A DNA stretch of 64,000 bases from Nemertoderma westbladi (lineage: Eukaryota > Animalia > Xenacoelomorpha). A program made the translations under genes and the position numbers. Shown here one piece after another: positions 58,996 through 64,000 of the stretch (position 1 is the first letter of the stretch; each line of letters opens with the position of its first letter). The notes under the pieces were generated by a model. That model made no database searches. It was given only the letters and a program-made list of their open reading frames with translations, and was not told where the DNA came from. The DNA lies in assembly GCA_032718475.1 (NCBI GenBank), contig JAUCBJ010000684.1, positions 27,909-91,908 of the forward strand, given 5' to 3'.

Positions 58996-60597
58996 TCTGT
59001 GGGGCGAGCCACGAAGTGAGTGAGCCTTAGCGTAGTGGTACCATTAATCAACCTGTCGTTCTGTCGTTCTGTCGTTCTGTCGTGTTCAATTTTAAACGTT
59101 AATAACTCGGCCAATCTTTGATGAAATCTATCCAAACTTGGTACACATGTTGTTTGGCAAAAGTTTAGAAATTTTCCAAGTAGAATTTCCGTGTGGCCTT
59201 CGAGAAGCTAAGATAATAGCAGTTAATTAGTTAATTAAGTTGATTGCGGTGAAAACGCCATTTTCAACCTGCCTTTTAAAGGAAATTAATTGTTTTACAG
59301 TATAAGATTTAAATAATTATACTTAAAAATTATACAGATATAATCCCCATACGCCATTCTATTATAGTTTTTAATTAGTTTAAGTGATTTGCTTTAATAA
59401 ATGTGTCTTTAATTGATCTAAACGTAATTAAACCGCACAATTATTGAGTACAAATTTAATCCTTCCCATTATTGGTCAAGTCTCTGCTGGTGTGGAGCTA
59501 GCTGCTGGGAGTTGTGGCTGTAGACTAACCTGAGAGGAATTGTAATAGAGGCAACCAGTATTGCTATTCCAGCCCAATCACTGAATTGTGTTTATTATAG
59601 GCTGGACGGGCCGCATAACCGTTCGACTATTACTACTATTGCTATCTCAGTTAAATGACAGATATAATGGGCGTAGACGCTGAGCAGACATAGGTGCCGA
59701 CAGAGGTGCCGACATAGGTGCCGACACAGGTGCCGACACAGGTGCCGACACAGGTGCCGACACAGGTGCCGACACAGGTGCCGACACAGGTGCCGACACA
59801 GGTGCCGACACAGGTGCCGACACAGGTGCCGACACAGGTGCCGACACAGGTGCCGACACAGGTGCCGACACAGGTGCCGACACAGGTGCCGACACAGGTG
59901 CCGACACAGGTGCCGACACAGGTGCCGACACAGGTGCCGACACAGGTGCCGACACAGGTGCCGACATAGGTGCCGACATAGTGACCGACTTAGGCACTCA
60001 GGTTTCTCTCAATATGTTTATCTCACTAAATGGCTTACTTGTTGTGACGTTATTCACTATTAACTCCAATAAGTATGTTTAAGAATATATATATAAAGAT
60101 AAAGAACATGCTAAATGATTGCGATAAGCGATAAACAGACAAAATACAATGCGACCACCTCGATTATAGATTATATTAATAAGTAGAGCACTACTGATAT
60201 TCTTTATATACAACTGATATTGATATTCCTTATATACTACTAATAATTTAGACCGCAGGATGTACCGCAGGATGGCGCTAAACCATCTGGAATTCTAGAG
60301 AATACTGACTATGGACTCTGTGAAAAGTTTAATTTTTTAAATAGAATTTGGGTGGGGCCATTGAGTATCACAAGTATGACTGTCTGTCTTTTTTCCAAAT
60401 ATTTTCGAACACTAATAATTCGGTCAATCCTCGATAAAATTAATCCAAACGTGAAACACAGTCTGTCAAAAATGTAGAAATTTTACAAAAGAATATCAGG
60501 ATTCTCTCTATGGATTATAATCTAAAATTCATACGATAATAATTTTTATTAATATTATAAGTAAATTGGGTGTCTCGTGGCCCCACATTTATCTAGT
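58994..60597 (+). mobile_element. Helentron/DINE-1-like non-autonomous element
   Basis: 5' tgtggggcgagccacga is inverted to the 3' subterminal tcgtggccccaca; (ctgtcgtt)n microsatellite near the 5' end; ends CTAG|TTT; the same 5' end occurs at 30721. Confidence 0.6.
59693..59980 (+). repeat. 12-bp tandem repeat (ggtgccgacaca), about 24 copies
   Basis: Near-perfect direct repeat. Confidence 0.97.
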
Positions 60598-60620
60598 TTA
60601 AGATTACTCGGAATTTTTAT

Positions 60621-61800
60621 TCAAACTAATCCAAAAGATCTGAGTTTATCTATTTGTTTACTATCGAGATTGCGATACACAATATTTTCAATGAAGACAT
60701 CGCTGAGGGAGAACTTGGTAAATTTCAACTGTACACAATTCATTTGAAGGTGAAAAGCAACTTTATCTTTAGTGATTTTAAGTTGCAATTGGTTGGAGTT
60801 AGGTGTTCTATATGCTCGTTGACACCATGTGAATATGACAATATCTTCAGGAGATTGAACTACCTGACTGCCTGATCTGCGAAGAAATCCATCACATCCA
60901 TAGCATTTAAACCAATCTCCCTCATTTATTGAACCGATAATAAATTTACAAGATTCTTTGGCTATATCTAATTGATTGATTAATTGCTGTGTTAATTTCT
61001 TATTAACAATTTTTCTCTTCCCAGGCCCACACTTTCTACCTGCAACACTGGCGGCAGATAAAGCTGCCAGTTGTTCGAGCGTCCATGTTGAGTTCCACCA
61101 ACTTATGTACTGATCAATTTCTCGAACGTGTTTCGCATATGCAAGTGTATGACAGCACATACTTAACTTTCGGAATGATTGACAGGTCAGACACCTGTAA
61201 GACCCATTACCAAATCTACGGACTCGTTTGTAGATACCACCACTCCCCATACTAACTACAGCGAATTCGTCATTATCAATGCATACATTGAATCGATGAG
61301 CAAGGCGCCACATAGATACAAACTCTGGCGTTTTTGGTAGCTGTGGGAAATCACCAATAATATTATCATTTGAACAAGTCTGTTCTATCTCACTGTCGTG
61401 ACTCACTAATCCGTTATAAAACTTATGTAAATACACTCTTTTTTCATCACTCGATTTAATAAAAAATTCAGATTCCTCAATATGGTATTCACGAATATAA
61501 TATGGTTTCAAACAATATTCGCCCCGGCCCAGTAAGGCCATATCAATATCATTCCTGAATTTGCCAATGAACTCTTCCATCTGTTCTATGAAATTATATA
61601 TATTCATATGTTTAAAATTAATCCAGTTTTTTAACTCGAAATGAAGGGATTCCTCTGATTGATTCATGAAGAACTCAGAATGTAGTAGACCACATGCCAT
61701 TCGATGATCAAGCAAAAAATAGTCTTTTATGTCGTTAAACACATACTTTCGAAACCATGTTGAAAATGTAGCTTCTTGTTTTATTGTTAGTTCTATTTGA
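60621..61800 (-). pseudogene. C-terminal part of a Mutator-like (MULE) transposase with SWIM zinc finger, cut by the adjacent TIR element
   Basis: FSTWFRKY..R.ACGL..FMNQSEESLHFELK (MULE N..ES...LK region); CLTCQSFRKLSMCCH (SWIM-like); CYGC..FHLQMNCV; frame stays open up to the TIR. Confidence 0.7.
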
Positions 61801-61804
61801 TGGG

Positions 61805-63995
61805 CATTTGTAAAACGAGGATACCAGCAAAATCCGCGGATCCCGTTGCGGATACCATAGAAGCAATGACGGATCCCAGTAGGATCCGCGGATCCTAGAA
61901 ACCACGGATCCGCGGATCCAATAATAGTCTATGGTATCCGCATTATACAAATTTGTAAAACGCGGATCCCATAGAAAACCATTAAGGCAGCGGATCCAAT
62001 AGACATCATTGAATAACCTTTACATGTCTCTTATGGTGTCCGCTGTTTACAAATTTGTAAAGAGCGGATCCCGTTCATTCAATGCAAATACCGGTACAGT
62101 AGTTAGGCCTTAATTATGTAGTTAGTTAACAGTTAAGCATATAATAATAATAATAAGCGAGCATATATTCATATAGCATATATATAGCATATATATAGCA
62201 TATATAGCATATATTCGACAAATATATTGATATACAAAATAAACTAAAATATCACTGTATTTTTTTTATATAAATCACGAATATAAACGAGACCAAACAG
62301 TAAATTACAATAATAATATAATATATAACATCTTGTGTACTGTACATCATGCCCTGGAATACAGTCTCATAATTAATTAACTACTAAAGTCTTACATAAT
62401 ACAAATCTTAATGAGATCGCTTTGGACGACCATATCCAGCTATTTCTCATCTACATTCAGCATATTTGGAATCCTTGTTAATTAAGTCTACCACCTATTT
62501 CACAGTAACCAACGATTGCTATAAGGTTGAGGAAAAAGGACTGGTGCAATATCGACGGAGACACTTTTTAAACGATTGCATCTAAAGAATGAAAGTGAGA
62601 ATAAAAATTATGATTCACACCGCTAAAGGGTGAAAAGTGGCGAAACTATTTTGACTTTGAGTTATTCTTTTCATGATACAAATTAACAGGAAGATGACAT
62701 AATACATAATTTATAAGTAAGACCTCATTAAATTTCAATTTATTAAAGAAATTAATACTGATAAATAAATAATTTTTTTATTAATTAACTTAATTACCGT
62801 ACCTATTGTATCATACATAATAATATTTTACCAGATTAATTATTAGATTTAAAATTATATCTAGGGCCTGAAGCGGTTAATTTTTCAGTCAACCGGTTAA
62901 CCATTTCCAATTAACCGGTTAAAAAGTAGAAATGTTTGTGGTACAATGGTGCAACATACATACTACGGTACATACTATGAAACTGAAAGTTATATCGCTG
63001 ACAGTCCCTAAACTTAAGCTACAGTACCGGTATGTATATTTTTATGTAAGCTAAGCTAAGAGGTATCCGTCCCTACTTGCAATACTGTTAAGTGCCTCTA
63101 TTGCCAGATAGAGCCACCAGTACTATAGTGTATGTATACTGTACTGTAGTCCTACAGCTGCATACAGTACAAAATGAATTTCTGAAACATCGCAATGGGA
63201 AATAAACATTAATTAAAATGGTAACATACAGGTAATAAAACTGGTAACAGAACCTGAAAACCTCAAAATGGGACATTAAGCCGGTTAACCGGTTAATCAA
63301 TTTATAACCGGATAATTTGAATTAACCGGTTAACCGCTTCAGGCCCTAATTATATCATATTAAAGCTGTGCCAATTACCGTACCTATAGGCCTAATAAAT
63401 AATATAAAAAAAAATTAAACAAAAAATTAACAAGCTATTATATCTACATCATATAGCCTATAAACAAAAGTCAATTTTATACATCAAGAGACTGTAAGGT
63501 AAATAAAGCTACCGGTATTTAATTTAATACTGGTCGAGGAAAGAATTAAGTGCATTTTTTAGAATACATTGACGCATATACGATATATACGTCTTTTTAT
63601 TCTAAAAATTATTGCACTTAATTATTTCCTAGAAACCCTGAATCTTATCCCTTAATCTATATGCTTAACTGTTAACTAACTACATAATTAAGGCCTAACT
63701 ACTGTACCGGTATTTGCATTGAATGAACGGGATCCGCTCTTTACAAATTTGTAAACAGCGGACACCATAAGCGACATGTAAAGGATATTCAATGATGTCT
63801 ATGGGATCCGCTGCCTTAATGGTTTGCTATGGGATCCGCGTTTTACAAATTTGTATAATGCGGATACCATAGACTATTATTGGATCCGCGGATCCGTGGT
63901 TTCTAGGATCCGCGGATCCTACTGGGATCCGTCATTGCTTCTATGGTATCCGCAACAGGATCCGCGGATTTTGCTGGGATCCTCGTTTTACAAGG
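61805..63995. mobile_element. Long-TIR (~335 bp) Mutator/foldback-like non-autonomous element
   Basis: ~61808-62141 is the near-perfect reverse complement of ~63659-63993; rich in ggatccgcgg; exact termini and TSD unresolved at the window edge. Confidence 0.85.
62862..63348. mobile_element. hAT-type MITE nested in the long-TIR element
   Basis: TIR tagggcctgaagcggttaa / ttaaccgcttcaggcccta; exact 8-bp TSD attatatc; subterminal aaccggtt repeats. Confidence 0.92.
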
Positions 63996-64000
63996 GTACC

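Noticed and set aside
1-64000. Whole window as one giant TIR-bounded element because both ends carry similar motifs
   Set aside because: Each end motif already pairs with its own nearby inverted partner (~4018 and ~61805).

Overview
Repeat-rich, AT-rich eukaryotic (probably invertebrate animal) genomic DNA with GT-AG introns. Host genes: the last coding exon of a RacGAP1/CYK-4-like RhoGAP (+, 7917-8579); the first eight coding exons of a divergent ryanodine receptor (+, 16091-30568, no further exon recognised); and a complete two-exon ARL6/BBS3 gene (-, 51112-53131) with an upstream RFX X-box. The rest is mostly transposons and minisatellites, and most long ORFs in the track are translated tandem repeats. 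Highlights: (1) an ~8.4 kb APE-RT non-LTR retrotransposon (36458-44900) with intact ORF2 and a ~1,500 aa ORF1 (two frameshifts) reading SAP domain - ~41x10 aa repeat - Ulp1/C48-like cysteine protease - coiled coil - RRM-like domain; (2) this element is the innermost layer of a ~20 kb nest: tRNA-headed SINE > 30 bp satellite grown from the SINE body > truncated RTE > full-length RTE > this LINE; (3) several minisatellites visibly grown from the functional sequence they sit in, including 5.6 kb of copies of the RyR exon 4 splice donor. DNA elements include hAT, PIF/Harbinger, piggyBac and Tc2/pogo-type MITEs, two foldback/Mutator-like long-TIR elements, a Helentron/DINE-like element and a MULE-SWIM transposase fragment. 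Homology calls come from recalled motifs, not database searches, and copy numbers are length/unit estimates.
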